DNA from: Candidatus Poribacteria bacterium
Lineage (GTDB): Bacteria > Poribacteria > WGA-4E > WGA-3G
DNA length: 64,000 nt
Direction: 5' to 3'
NCBI GenBank assembly: GCA_963422705.1
Contig: OY730443.1
Location: forward strand, 2,697,327 to 2,761,326
This document shows, piece by piece, positions 37,490 through 46,888 of the stretch. The position numbers and the translations under genes were made by a program. Below the pieces are notes generated by a model. It had not been told where the DNA came from. It ran no database searches and saw nothing but the letters and a program-made list of their open reading frames with translations. How positions within the stretch are numbered: position 1 is the first letter of the stretch; the number at the start of each line of letters is the position of its first letter.

Positions 37490-38482
37490 ATGTACAATAA
37501 ACACATCGCCCCAGAGCGCCAAAGAGAAACTTCATCAAAAAGCGTCTACGGGTACATTATCTGCACCTTATTTGTACTTGGGTTGGTGACGCCCGTCTCT
37601 GCGCAATTCCCACCCCTACCATACCTGAGTACCATTCAGACAGCGGAACCGATTGGCAAAGGTGGTTCTGCCACGAACTTCGGGCTTTTTCAATACTCCA
37701 AAATCGACCTGATTCCTAAACACAGCCAAAAAGTCGACATTGGCGGGTTTGAAGAATCTCATCGCGTATCACTTGAAATTGAGACGTTCCTAATCCCCGT
37801 TAGATTCACTTATGGGATGACGGACGAACTCGACTTAGTGTTAGGTGGCACTTTTTCAACGGGAGGTGTCCGGAAAGTTATTCACAATTTCTATAATTTC
37901 TCTGGAGAAAACGGGAATCAGAATGAACTATCGCGCGTCTATGAACAGCCTCTATTTGATGGGCTCATCGGGATTAAGTATAACATCAAACCCGAGCAGA
38001 ATGACAATCTTCCGAGTCTCTCCGTTGGTGGCGACGCGCATTTCGGCTTTACAGCAGATGATAGACTCAACACGGACAATGAATTTCTTGACCATAGTCC
38101 CGCCGACGGCTTTCCGTTCGTCGGTATTAATACATACCTCGTTGGAACACAAAGATTCAGCAATCTCTTCAAAGTTCACGCCGGGGTAGGGCTCTTTTTA
38201 ACGTCAAAAGCGCTAAAAACAACTGACTTTTTTACGCTCAATTGGCAGGTGGGCGGAGAAATCGCTATCGCCGATAACATGCGATTGGTAGCCGATTTTT
38301 CGCGCGAACTCCCTTACGCGGGATTGAATGTCACCAATCTACTCGGGCTCGGATTCCGCTATGAAGTTAGCAACACGTTAGCGTTTCAGGTTGGATACGT
38401 AAGTCAACCCGGTTTCCAATTTAACCTCACCCTCGGCGGCGAACAGGCACAAGCACTTGAAGGTGAGAATCTGCTGTTTTAA
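37490..38482 (+). CDS. Exported beta-strand-rich protein (possible outer-membrane barrel)
   Basis: Signal peptide ending VSA; alternating amphipathic strands (VRFTYG, LIGIKYN, LGFRYEV). Confidence 0.6.
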   Translation: MYNKHIAPERQRETSSKSVYGYIICTLFVLGLVTPVSAQFPPLPYLSTIQTAEPIGKGGSATNFGLFQYSKIDLIPKHSQKVDIGGFEESHRVSLEIETFLIPVRFTYGMTDELDLVLGGTFSTGGVRKVIHNFYNFSGENGNQNELSRVYEQPLFDGLIGIKYNIKPEQNDNLPSLSVGGDAHFGFTADDRLNTDNEFLDHSPADGFPFVGINTYLVGTQRFSNLFKVHAGVGLFLTSKALKTTDFFTLNWQVGGEIAIADNMRLVADFSRELPYAGLNVTNLLGLGFRYEVSNTLAFQVGYVSQPGFQFNLTLGGEQAQALEGENLLF

Positions 38483-38560
38483 GATGGCAAGAGGCAAGAA
38501 AGCGAATCCCCGCAGTTCTCCCCACAACAATTAGAGGCTTTACAATAAAGAGGATAACCT

Positions 38561-39010
38561 ATGCGAGCAGTCATTCAACGCGTCAAATCTGCGAGTGTGA
38601 AAGTAGAAAACAAACTCATCTCTGAAATCGGAGCAGGATTGCTGATTTTTCTCGGGGTTGCGCATGACGATACCGAAGCGGGAATAAAATATATCGCAAA
38701 CAAAACCGCTAACTTGCGTATATTTGAGGATGCCGGGGGGCGAATGCACCATTCGCTTCTTGAAACAGGTGGAGAAGCACTTGTCGTCTCCCAATTCACA
38801 CTGTACGCTGATTGTCGAAAAGGTAGAAGACCGGGTTTTATCAACGCCGCTCGCCCCGAACAGGCCAATGCCCTTTATGAACAGTTCATTACCGCACTTC
38901 AAGGGAAGAATGTTCCAACGCAGGGGGGCACCTTTCAAGCAATGATGGACGTGCAATTGATTAACGACGGCCCCGTCACCATACTGTTGGATAGCAGTAA
39001 ACAATTTTAG
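38561..39010 (+). CDS. dtd: D-aminoacyl-tRNA deacylase
   Basis: MRAVIQRV, VSQFTL, KGRRP, NDGPVT. Confidence 0.95.
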   Translation: MRAVIQRVKSASVKVENKLISEIGAGLLIFLGVAHDDTEAGIKYIANKTANLRIFEDAGGRMHHSLLETGGEALVVSQFTLYADCRKGRRPGFINAARPEQANALYEQFITALQGKNVPTQGGTFQAMMDVQLINDGPVTILLDSSKQF

Positions 39011-39059
39011 CGCTCGACACATCATGTTAACAAAAAAGAATATTAACACAGTAGAGAAA

Positions 39060-39492
39060 TTACGGTTCTAGCACAAAACATGCCACAGGTTTGAGAGTAT
39101 AGTCCGGTGCGAAAAAGAGCACCGACACAATGAAAAATAGGATAGCAAAAGGAATCTGAATTCTTGACATGATACACCTCATTTGTATCGGCGATATATC
39201 AGATATCTGGTTGTCGGAAAGATGCAACCGTGTCAGTTTTACCAACCCTTGTATCGGCGATATATCAGATATATCGTTGACGGAAAGAGACAAGTCTGTC
39301 AGATTGGTTGCAAACTCAAGTCCGGTTAGATTGCGAATTCCGGACTTACACGCAGAAAGCGTTGTTAAAGTCGCCATATCCGCCTGCGTAATGGCCGCCC
39401 CTGCAGCTTTGTCTAACGTATTCTCAAGGACACGGCGTAGATTCGTGTCGGGAATGTTCCAGAATGTCTATATTCCCATCCTGATTCACATC
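39060..39492 (-). pseudogene. Mosaic relic: dockerin fragment + LRR cap/repeats + orphan signal-peptide start
   Basis: DVNQDGNIDIL (39492-39459); IPDTNLRRVLE..LEFATNLT duplicating the upstream gene; MSRIQIPFAILFFIVSVLFF with its own RBS at 39170. Confidence 0.7.
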
Positions 39493-40163
39493 CCAGGTGG
39501 AGAATTGGTTTGGTTGCTGTATTCATCCAGATTATCTATCAATCCGGCAATTGGCGAGAAATCGGATATCTGGTTGTTGTCAAGCCACAAGTGTGTCAGT
39601 TTTATCAACCCTTTTAGCGCCGAGATATCTGATAGCTCGTTGGTTTCAAGCCCCAACGTTGTCAGTTTTACCAACCCTTTTAGCGGCGAGATATCAGATA
39701 TATCGTTGTAGCCAAGATACAACGTTTCCAGTTTTACCAACCCTTTTAGCGGCGAGATATCAGATAGCTGGTTATCGTGAAGCCCTAAGCCTGTGAGTTT
39801 TACTAACCCTTTTAGCGGCGAGATATCAGATATATCGTTGTAGCCAAGATACAACGTTTCCAGTTTTACCAACCCTTTTAGCGGCGAGATATCTAATAGC
39901 TCGTTGTTGTCAAGCCCCAACGTTTCCAGTTTTACCAACCCTTGTATCGGCGAGATATCAGATATATCGTTGACGGAAAGAGACAAGTCTGTCAGATTGG
40001 TTGCAAACTCAAGTCCGGTTAGATTGCGAATTCCGGACTTACACGCAGAAAGCGTTGTTAAAGTCGCCATATCCGCCTGCGTGATGGCCGCCCCTGCAGC
40101 TTTGTCTAACGTATTCTCAAGGGCATCGCGTAGCTTCGCGTCGGGAATCTGAATTCTTAACAT
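39486..40163 (-). CDS. Internalin-like leucine-rich repeat protein (probably degenerate)
   Basis: IPDAKLR cap, LTGLEFATNL, 22-aa repeats ISDISPLKGLVKLETLYLGYND encoded by 66-bp repeats. Confidence 0.85.
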   Translation of the reverse strand: MLRIQIPDAKLRDALENTLDKAAGAAITQADMATLTTLSACKSGIRNLTGLEFATNLTDLSLSVNDISDISPIQGLVKLETLGLDNNELLDISPLKGLVKLETLYLGYNDISDISPLKGLVKLTGLGLHDNQLSDISPLKGLVKLETLYLGYNDISDISPLKGLVKLTTLGLETNELSDISALKGLIKLTHLWLDNNQISDFSPIAGLIDNLDEYSNQTNSPPGM

Positions 40164-40177
40164 GATACGCCTCTTTT

Positions 40178-40444
40178 TTATAAATTGATAAATAGTGCCT
40201 GCCGTCGGTGAAAACGGCCGGCGCCGAACTGAAAACGGTCAGTGCCTTCAGGATAAAACTCCGAAGACGTTAGAAGTCCTGAATTGTCCAAGTCCCATCG
40301 CCATTTCCGCAAGAAAGCCGCATGATAACACCGTCCTATCATTTGGGCGTTTCTCATTCTTCGTAGCGGTAGCGCTGCCTCCAGTAACGTCTGGTGAATC
40401 ATGCGAATTCTGCCGTCTGCCCATTCAATCGTTGAAATTGCCAT
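40178..40444 (-). pseudogene. mtnA: N-terminal remnant of methylthioribose-1-phosphate isomerase (MtnA-like)
   Basis: MAISTIEWADGRIRMIHQTLL matches the MtnA N-terminal pattern; the sequence after it is unrelated. Confidence 0.55.
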
Positions 40445-40637
40445 AATATCGTTCGTTTTCTCTCTTTAACTTGCGTATGAGAACTCGCTCCGGCAATGAC
40501 AGCGTTCTGTTCTTGAATATACTTGGTATGCTAAGTGAAATTAAAAAGCTAAAAACTGCCGGTTTTCTTTACAAACAATTATTTTTCCTCGCCCGTTTAA
40601 CAACCGGTGCTAGTTTGAATGAGGAGCAGACATGATG

Positions 40638-41867
40638 CTAGTACCCAAACCATTCCTTTATCCGCCGCATCAGTGAACGCAAAGCACCAGACTTTTGTCG
40701 TGATGCCTGTTCCTGTTGTTCACGCCGCAAAGCGCTGCTGTAAAGGACTAGTCCGGTACTTGTCGCATACATAGGATGATTCACCCTGTCTATAAGCCCT
40801 TTGAGTCCCTTCGGGTAACCGATTTGCACGCGGAGGGGTAAGATTTCGGATGCGAATTCTGTTATACCGTCCATGAGTGCCGTTCCGCCTGTCAGTATCA
40901 ACCCGCCCGGAAGTTGCGTGTCGCCGATTTCATCCATAATGCCTTCTAAGATATCTTCGATGCGGTATTCGATGATTTCGGCGAGTTCAATCCTGTCTAT
41001 AAAACGGGTGCGGTTGTCCCCTTGTTGTATTGGGATTGGCTCTGCGTTATCTGCTTCCACCCATTCTGCCCAGGCACATCCACGGTTAATTTTCAGTTCT
41101 TCAGCTTCAGGAAGGGTGATTTTTAGGTATTGGGCGATGTCGCCGGTGACGTGTTTTCCACCGACAGGCAGGACAACCGCGTGTCGGATAGCATCTCCTT
41201 TGTAGACAATAATTTCAGTGGTGCCGGCGCCAATGTCTGCCAATGCGATACCGACTTCGCGTTCTGCGTGCGATACGACGGCTTCCGTTGATGCTAACGG
41301 AGCAGCGACAAGCGCCTCCACTTCCTGCACCCCCGCTTTTTCTATACTATTCAGTAAATTTTGAGTTGCGGTTACTCCGCCGGTAATGATATAGACGTCA
41401 GCTTCCAATCGCGCGCCGGACATCCCCAGAGGTTCCTTTATTCCTTCCTGGTTGTCAATAGCAAAATTCTGCTCAAGGACATGCAGAATCTCTTGTCCGG
41501 CGGGCACAGAAATAGCGCGTGCCGCTGCCAGCACGCGAGCAATATCGTCTTCCGAAATCGCGGGTACACTCGCGGAAACAACACCGTGTGATGTTTGCCC
41601 GAAAAGATGTTCACCGGAAACACTAACACAGATGTTATCTATGTTAACTCCTGACATGAGTTCAGCGGCAGCAATCGCTTTGCGAATAGATGCGGCTGTC
41701 TGACTAATATCAACCACAATGCCTCTTCGCACCCCTTCCGAAGGAGCATGCCCAACGCCGATAATTTCAACGTCGCCTCTGTATTGTCCCGGGGACGTGT
41801 TCCCCACGACGACAGAAATCTTGTTTGAGCCAATATCTAAGCCGGCGATAATACGTTCATTAGCCAT
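40638..41867 (-). CDS. ftsA: Cell division protein FtsA
   Basis: GLDIGSNKI, GVRRGIVVDI, DIGAGTT, GGKHVTGDI, LTGGTA, C-terminal amphipathic helix. Confidence 0.95.
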   Translation of the reverse strand: MANERIIAGLDIGSNKISVVVGNTSPGQYRGDVEIIGVGHAPSEGVRRGIVVDISQTAASIRKAIAAAELMSGVNIDNICVSVSGEHLFGQTSHGVVSASVPAISEDDIARVLAAARAISVPAGQEILHVLEQNFAIDNQEGIKEPLGMSGARLEADVYIITGGVTATQNLLNSIEKAGVQEVEALVAAPLASTEAVVSHAEREVGIALADIGAGTTEIIVYKGDAIRHAVVLPVGGKHVTGDIAQYLKITLPEAEELKINRGCAWAEWVEADNAEPIPIQQGDNRTRFIDRIELAEIIEYRIEDILEGIMDEIGDTQLPGGLILTGGTALMDGITEFASEILPLRVQIGYPKGLKGLIDRVNHPMYATSTGLVLYSSALRREQQEQASRQKSGALRSLMRRIKEWFGY

Positions 41868-41869
41868 GA

Positions 41870-42901
41870 CTAGTTGTCTCTCCCCCAGTAGAGTGCATCT
41901 TCAAACCTTGCGTCTAAATACATTTGTCCCCCTCTCGTCGTCGTGTCGATTGGTGCACTGTGATTATCTCTATGTTTCAAGAATAGCGCGATATGATGGA
42001 GCCCAGTGTCTACCGCGTCTTTTGCAATCCACGCCTGCGCTGCGATGCCACTAATCTCCAATTTAACCTTGTGTTCCTCACTGGCATCAATCGTCACAAT
42101 CTGCTTGGCAAGCTCCGGTTCGCGAAGCAAGGCGGTGCTAAAAATACGCAAACCTAACTTCACCGCGGGGATTTGTAGTGCACCCCCAGGTGCCGGAAAC
42201 ACATCGCCTTCTGCAATAAGGACAGGCATGCGGGCATGCTTTTCAACAGCTTCCGGGACTTTTGAATTGCCACTCGGGGCGACTTCAAGGGGTTTTCTAG
42301 GGAATTGCCCACGCTTATTAAACCAATACCGCTTTCGCAGCGGAAATTCGTCTATTACAGATTCTAACACGTATCCATCTTTATCTATCAAAAAAAAATC
42401 AGTATGGGCACTAGCGCGCACGCCACTCGGGGGGCAACGGTATTCAAGCAGGGCAAACTGTTCACGCTCTGTCACCCGGATAGTAAACATCCGCCTCATC
42501 AAATGCTTTGATATGTAGGCATCCTTAATGTAACTGAGATTCTCCTTGAGATATAGCGCCGTCTGTTCTTCAGATTCCGTAAAGATATTATCGAGATTTT
42601 CGGCTAAAACATCATAGATGTGTACTTTTGTATAGTGTTTATTACCGTAAACTTCCAACGAGACGTATTCAACGTTGAAAAAGGATAGCACCGTCTTACC
42701 GATGAATGCCAAAGTAACGACAACAGAAATCCCGACGATGAACCGCCGCCACAGATAGACAGTTGAATTTCTCTGCTGCAGTCTCCGGGTTTTTAACGGA
42801 TTCGGTTGACTGGCGTCCTTTATCGGGCGCGGTTGAGTCTTGCCACGCCCGTCGGATGACTGCTGGGTACGCCTTTGCTGCGCGTGCGAAAGTACTTTCA
42901 T
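41870..42901 (-). CDS. ftsQ: Cell division protein FtsQ/DivIB
   Basis: Single TM, POTRA-like LEVYGNKHY..IRVTERE, YLDARF; located before ftsA. Confidence 0.8.
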   Translation of the reverse strand: MKVLSHAQQRRTQQSSDGRGKTQPRPIKDASQPNPLKTRRLQQRNSTVYLWRRFIVGISVVVTLAFIGKTVLSFFNVEYVSLEVYGNKHYTKVHIYDVLAENLDNIFTESEEQTALYLKENLSYIKDAYISKHLMRRMFTIRVTEREQFALLEYRCPPSGVRASAHTDFFLIDKDGYVLESVIDEFPLRKRYWFNKRGQFPRKPLEVAPSGNSKVPEAVEKHARMPVLIAEGDVFPAPGGALQIPAVKLGLRIFSTALLREPELAKQIVTIDASEEHKVKLEISGIAAQAWIAKDAVDTGLHHIALFLKHRDNHSAPIDTTTRGGQMYLDARFEDALYWGRDN

Positions 42902-42962
42902 TTTCTTCCTTTTTCCCTTTCGCCCTAATTTTTCTGACAGTTTTGTCGAGAGTGCAGATTCA

Positions 42963-44363
42963 TTACGAAGGACTCCGCGTCGACGTCGAAGCCAAAAGGG
43001 ATTCCAAAAACTGGCGGCCGACTTTACTGATATCGCCTGCGCCGAGGGTGATGACGATATCCCCGGATTGCGTTATTTGAGTGAGATATTGCGTAATTTC
43101 ATCGGTATCCGGCATGTAAATGACGTGCCGGTGGCCATGTGCCCGGATTGCCTCTGCAAGGTTTTCTGCTGTCACGTTTTCAATCGGGGCCTCGCCAGCA
43201 CCATAAATAGCGGTAACAATCAGCACATCGGCTTGATAAAAAGAGCGGCAGAACTCGTCTGCTAAATCTCTGACTCGCTGGTATCGGTGCGGCTGAAAGA
43301 CTGCCACGATGCGTCGTTTATATCCTTCCCGTGCGCCGTTGAGTGCGGCTTTTAATTTCGCTGGATTATGGGCATAATCATCAACAACGATGATATTATT
43401 AACTTCACCGAGCACTTCAAAACGTCTATGTACGCCTTGAAAGGATTCAAGGTTATCGCGAATCTGTTCAAAAGGAATGTCCAATTCCAATCCGACGGCT
43501 ATCGCTGCTAAAGAGTTGGCGATGTTATGTCGCCCCGGCATTTTGAGGTGGACGCTCCCGAGCGCACCCGCTACGCGTAAATTTTGCGATGCGCGCACGC
43601 GATAATGCGATGTTGGCCCCTTCACAGTGATTTCTTCTGCAATGATGTCCGCACCTGTTTCAAGCCCGTAGGTAAGATACCGCTTTTCAATCCGTGGAAT
43701 GAATTTCTGAATGTTTTCGTTATCTAAGCAGAGCACCGCGGTACCGTAAAACGGGACTTTATTCGCAAATTTAAGGAACGTTTCGCCGATGTCATCGACG
43801 CTGTCGTAATAGTCAAGATGATCGGCATCGACAGAAGTGATAACAGCAATTGTCGGGTAGAACATCTCAATCGAACCGTATGCCTCGTCTGCTTCGATTA
43901 CCATAACATCGCCTTCTCCGGTTCGCGCATGAGTACCGTCGACTAATTTACCCCCAAGCACAACGGCCGGGTCCAACCGCTTCAATACGGCTGCCATCAT
44001 CGCTGTTGTCGTTGTCTTCCCGTGTGTCCCACTGACAGCAACACTATAGCGCATTCGGGTAATCTCATTAAGCATTTCTGCGCCCCTGACGATAGGGATT
44101 TTCCGTGCAGTGGCAGCAACGAGTTCAGGATTATCCGGCGGAATCGCGGGCGATTTAACCACGACATCAGCACCATTAAGATGCTCCGCAGCGTGATTGT
44201 AGTATATATTTGCGCCACGGGCACGCAGGTGCTCTGTTATCTCTGAACACTGCAAATCGGAGCCCGTCACTTGAAAACCGAGTTCAAGTAGAATTTCAGC
44301 GATACCGCTGAGGCCGGCACCACCGATGCCGGTTAAATGGATATGTTGCGTTTTTCCAAACAT
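42963..44363 (-). CDS. murC: UDP-N-acetylmuramate--L-alanine ligase
   Basis: GIGGAGLSGIA, GTHGKTTT, IEADE, DHLD, DDYAHNP, FQPHRY. Confidence 0.95.
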   Translation of the reverse strand: MFGKTQHIHLTGIGGAGLSGIAEILLELGFQVTGSDLQCSEITEHLRARGANIYYNHAAEHLNGADVVVKSPAIPPDNPELVAATARKIPIVRGAEMLNEITRMRYSVAVSGTHGKTTTTAMMAAVLKRLDPAVVLGGKLVDGTHARTGEGDVMVIEADEAYGSIEMFYPTIAVITSVDADHLDYYDSVDDIGETFLKFANKVPFYGTAVLCLDNENIQKFIPRIEKRYLTYGLETGADIIAEEITVKGPTSHYRVRASQNLRVAGALGSVHLKMPGRHNIANSLAAIAVGLELDIPFEQIRDNLESFQGVHRRFEVLGEVNNIIVVDDYAHNPAKLKAALNGAREGYKRRIVAVFQPHRYQRVRDLADEFCRSFYQADVLIVTAIYGAGEAPIENVTAENLAEAIRAHGHRHVIYMPDTDEITQYLTQITQSGDIVITLGAGDISKVGRQFLESLLASTSTRSPS

Positions 44364-44460
44364 TTTGTATTCACGCTCGCTGTTCCGTTTAGTTTTGTTA
44401 GGTTTTCAAGGCAAATGCGCGGGATAATAACCCCATCAGAGCGCTTTGATGCCCTCTCCA

Positions 44461-45582
44461 TCACAATTGTGCCAGAATAGAATTAGCAATTTCCTCACTC
44501 GCTTTTGGTTTCCCGATTGCCCGGCTTGCGTCTGCCATCGCTTGATGTGTTTTGGCATCAGTAGCGATGCGGAGCAGGTGGCTAACGAACTCGTCAGTTG
44601 TAAAGGCGCCCTGCTCAAGCACGATTGCGGCACCAGTGGCGGCAACAGTGTCCGCATTTAATACCTGATTGTTCCCAGCTTGAGCAGGTAAAGGAATGAA
44701 AATCGTGGGGATACCACACGCCGTTACCTCAGAAACTGTCATTCCGCCAGCCCTACACACCATAACATCGGCGATACTATAGACTTCTTCGATTGCATCA
44801 AAGAAAGGCTGCACCCGATGCGGCAAGCCGGGTTCGAGTTTTTGATATGCAACCTGAACCATTTCTGCGTCCGCGGCCCCGGTTTGGTGGATAATTTGTA
44901 GACAATCAAGTCCGTTTCTATGAGCCTGATGAACTAAGAGAGGCAGGCTCTCAATGACGCTCTGATTAATCGCGTGGGCCCCTTGACTTCCCCCCATGAC
45001 AAACACCGTTTTCCGATTAGGGCACAATCCGAGTTTCTGATAGCTTGCAGCGGTTCGTTGACAATCCGCGATTGCGGGCCGAATCGGGTTGCCTGTTACA
45101 GAAACAATATTTTCAGGGAACCTCGCCGCGGCAGGTTCCAAAGCGAGATAGGCAGCTACAGCCCAGCGCGCCAAAATCGCGTTCGTCACGCCAACGGACG
45201 CATTCTGTTCCTGCACCGCGACAGGAATTTTGCGGATAACCCCAGCAAAAAGCACGGGGCCAGAGACATATCCCCCCGTTCCGACAACAAAATCTGGTGC
45301 GAGTTCCCTCATGTAACCCAACGATTGCTGCACGCCGCGCGCAGCTTTCCAAAGCACCGGAAGCCATTGAAAAGTGATTCGACGCGGAAATCCTTCAACA
45401 GGGATAGGTAAAAAACGAAACCCGTGCTGGGGAACGAGCTTCGCCTCCAAACGTTTCGCACCGCCGATGAAGATGATATTAAGCTTTGTGTCTAATCGTT
45501 TTAGTGCTTGGGCAATACCGATGGCAGGGTAGATATGCCCACCGGTGCCCCCACCTGAAATCACTACCGTGCGGTTTTTCAT
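44461..45582 (-). CDS. murG: Lipid II GlcNAc transferase
   Basis: GGGTGGHIYP, GGYVSGP, EQN, GNPIR, GGSQGA. Confidence 0.95.
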   Translation of the reverse strand: MKNRTVVISGGGTGGHIYPAIGIAQALKRLDTKLNIIFIGGAKRLEAKLVPQHGFRFLPIPVEGFPRRITFQWLPVLWKAARGVQQSLGYMRELAPDFVVGTGGYVSGPVLFAGVIRKIPVAVQEQNASVGVTNAILARWAVAAYLALEPAAARFPENIVSVTGNPIRPAIADCQRTAASYQKLGLCPNRKTVFVMGGSQGAHAINQSVIESLPLLVHQAHRNGLDCLQIIHQTGAADAEMVQVAYQKLEPGLPHRVQPFFDAIEEVYSIADVMVCRAGGMTVSEVTACGIPTIFIPLPAQAGNNQVLNADTVAATGAAIVLEQGAFTTDEFVSHLLRIATDAKTHQAMADASRAIGKPKASEEIANSILAQL

Positions 45583-45631
45583 CTATGGCACCAAAAACAG
45601 TTCTAAAGTCGATAAATAGGCACCGGAGGCT

Positions 45632-46888
45632 TCAGCCCCGGCCTGACTTATTTTTTTGTAAACGAAAGCGTGAAATATTCAGGAGAATCCCGACACTGAG
45701 TAAGCTCAACACAATTGAAGAGCCGCCATAACTGATAAATGGCAACGTAATCCCTTTCGTAGGTAAGACACCTGTCACAACGCCAATGTTGATGAACGCC
45801 TGTAAACCGATAAGCGTTGTCAGCCCAACAGAGAACAACGCACCAAATAAATCTTCAACATCACGAGCAATGTGTAACCCACGCCACACAAATAACATGA
45901 AAAGGAGCGTTACACAGGCGGTACCGAAAAACCCAAATTCTTCGCCCAGGATAGCGAAAATGAAATCGGTGTGTGGATACGGCAGATGCCCCACTTTCGC
46001 AACGCTGTTATCAATACCTGCCCCGAAAAAGCCACCCCAGCCGAGGGCTTTGAGCGAGTGTTCCAATTGGTAGTTTGCCCCCTCCGGGGATTTCCAAAGG
46101 GCGATGTAATCCAGGAATCGTTTCAACCGGTACGGATTTCGAAGGATGAGGAAGCTTAGCACCCCGACACCAGCCCCCCCTAGCAGCAGCCCTTGCCAGA
46201 TGCGAATACCACCCACAAATAAAACGAGACAAACTGATGCAGCCAATAGAAGTGCAGAGCCAAAGTCTGGCTGCTGTGCAACGAGCCCGAAAGCAGCACC
46301 TAGAATCAGCACATTCGGGAGAATCCCATTGAAAAAACTTTTCGCCTTTTGTGGATTCCGACTGATAAATGTTGCTACATGGATGATGAGCGCGATTTTG
46401 GCGAATTCTACCGGTTGAAAATTGAACGGGAATCCGGGTAACCTAATCCAACGGTTAAATCGTCCACCGCCCGCCCCCTGCACGCTGACACTAAAAAATG
46501 GCACAAATACTAACAATAACCCGACAAACGCTACAATCAAAATTGTGGTGGAATACCGCGCATAAAACTGATACGGTATGTAAGCAGTTAGGAACATACC
46601 GAGAAAGCCGATGGTACATGCAATCATGTGTATCCGCAAATACTGGTAGCTGTCACCGTTATATTCCCTTGAAGACAGGAGGTGGCCAGAACTATAAACC
46701 ATCAATATGCCCACCGCTACAAGGAGAGAGGTAAGGACAATGAGAACAGTGTCCATTTTTTTAGGCTGCTGGGTTTCACCAATGGGTGCATCTGCTTCCC
46801 CGAATTGTCCATGTTCAGGGGCATTTCTACCGCGACGTGAATGTTCCGTGGCGTATATATTCCCCCCATTTTTACGATTGAAGCGCAT
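45632..46888 (-). CDS. ftsW: Peptidoglycan polymerase FtsW
   Basis: MVYSS, RWI, FQPVEFAK, QPDFG, HTDFIF, KGITLPFISYGGSS; start uncertain. Confidence 0.93.
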   Translation of the reverse strand: MRFNRKNGGNIYATEHSRRGRNAPEHGQFGEADAPIGETQQPKKMDTVLIVLTSLLVAVGILMVYSSGHLLSSREYNGDSYQYLRIHMIACTIGFLGMFLTAYIPYQFYARYSTTILIVAFVGLLLVFVPFFSVSVQGAGGGRFNRWIRLPGFPFNFQPVEFAKIALIIHVATFISRNPQKAKSFFNGILPNVLILGAAFGLVAQQPDFGSALLLAASVCLVLFVGGIRIWQGLLLGGAGVGVLSFLILRNPYRLKRFLDYIALWKSPEGANYQLEHSLKALGWGGFFGAGIDNSVAKVGHLPYPHTDFIFAILGEEFGFFGTACVTLLFMLFVWRGLHIARDVEDLFGALFSVGLTTLIGLQAFINIGVVTGVLPTKGITLPFISYGGSSIVLSLLSVGILLNISRFRLQKNKSGRG

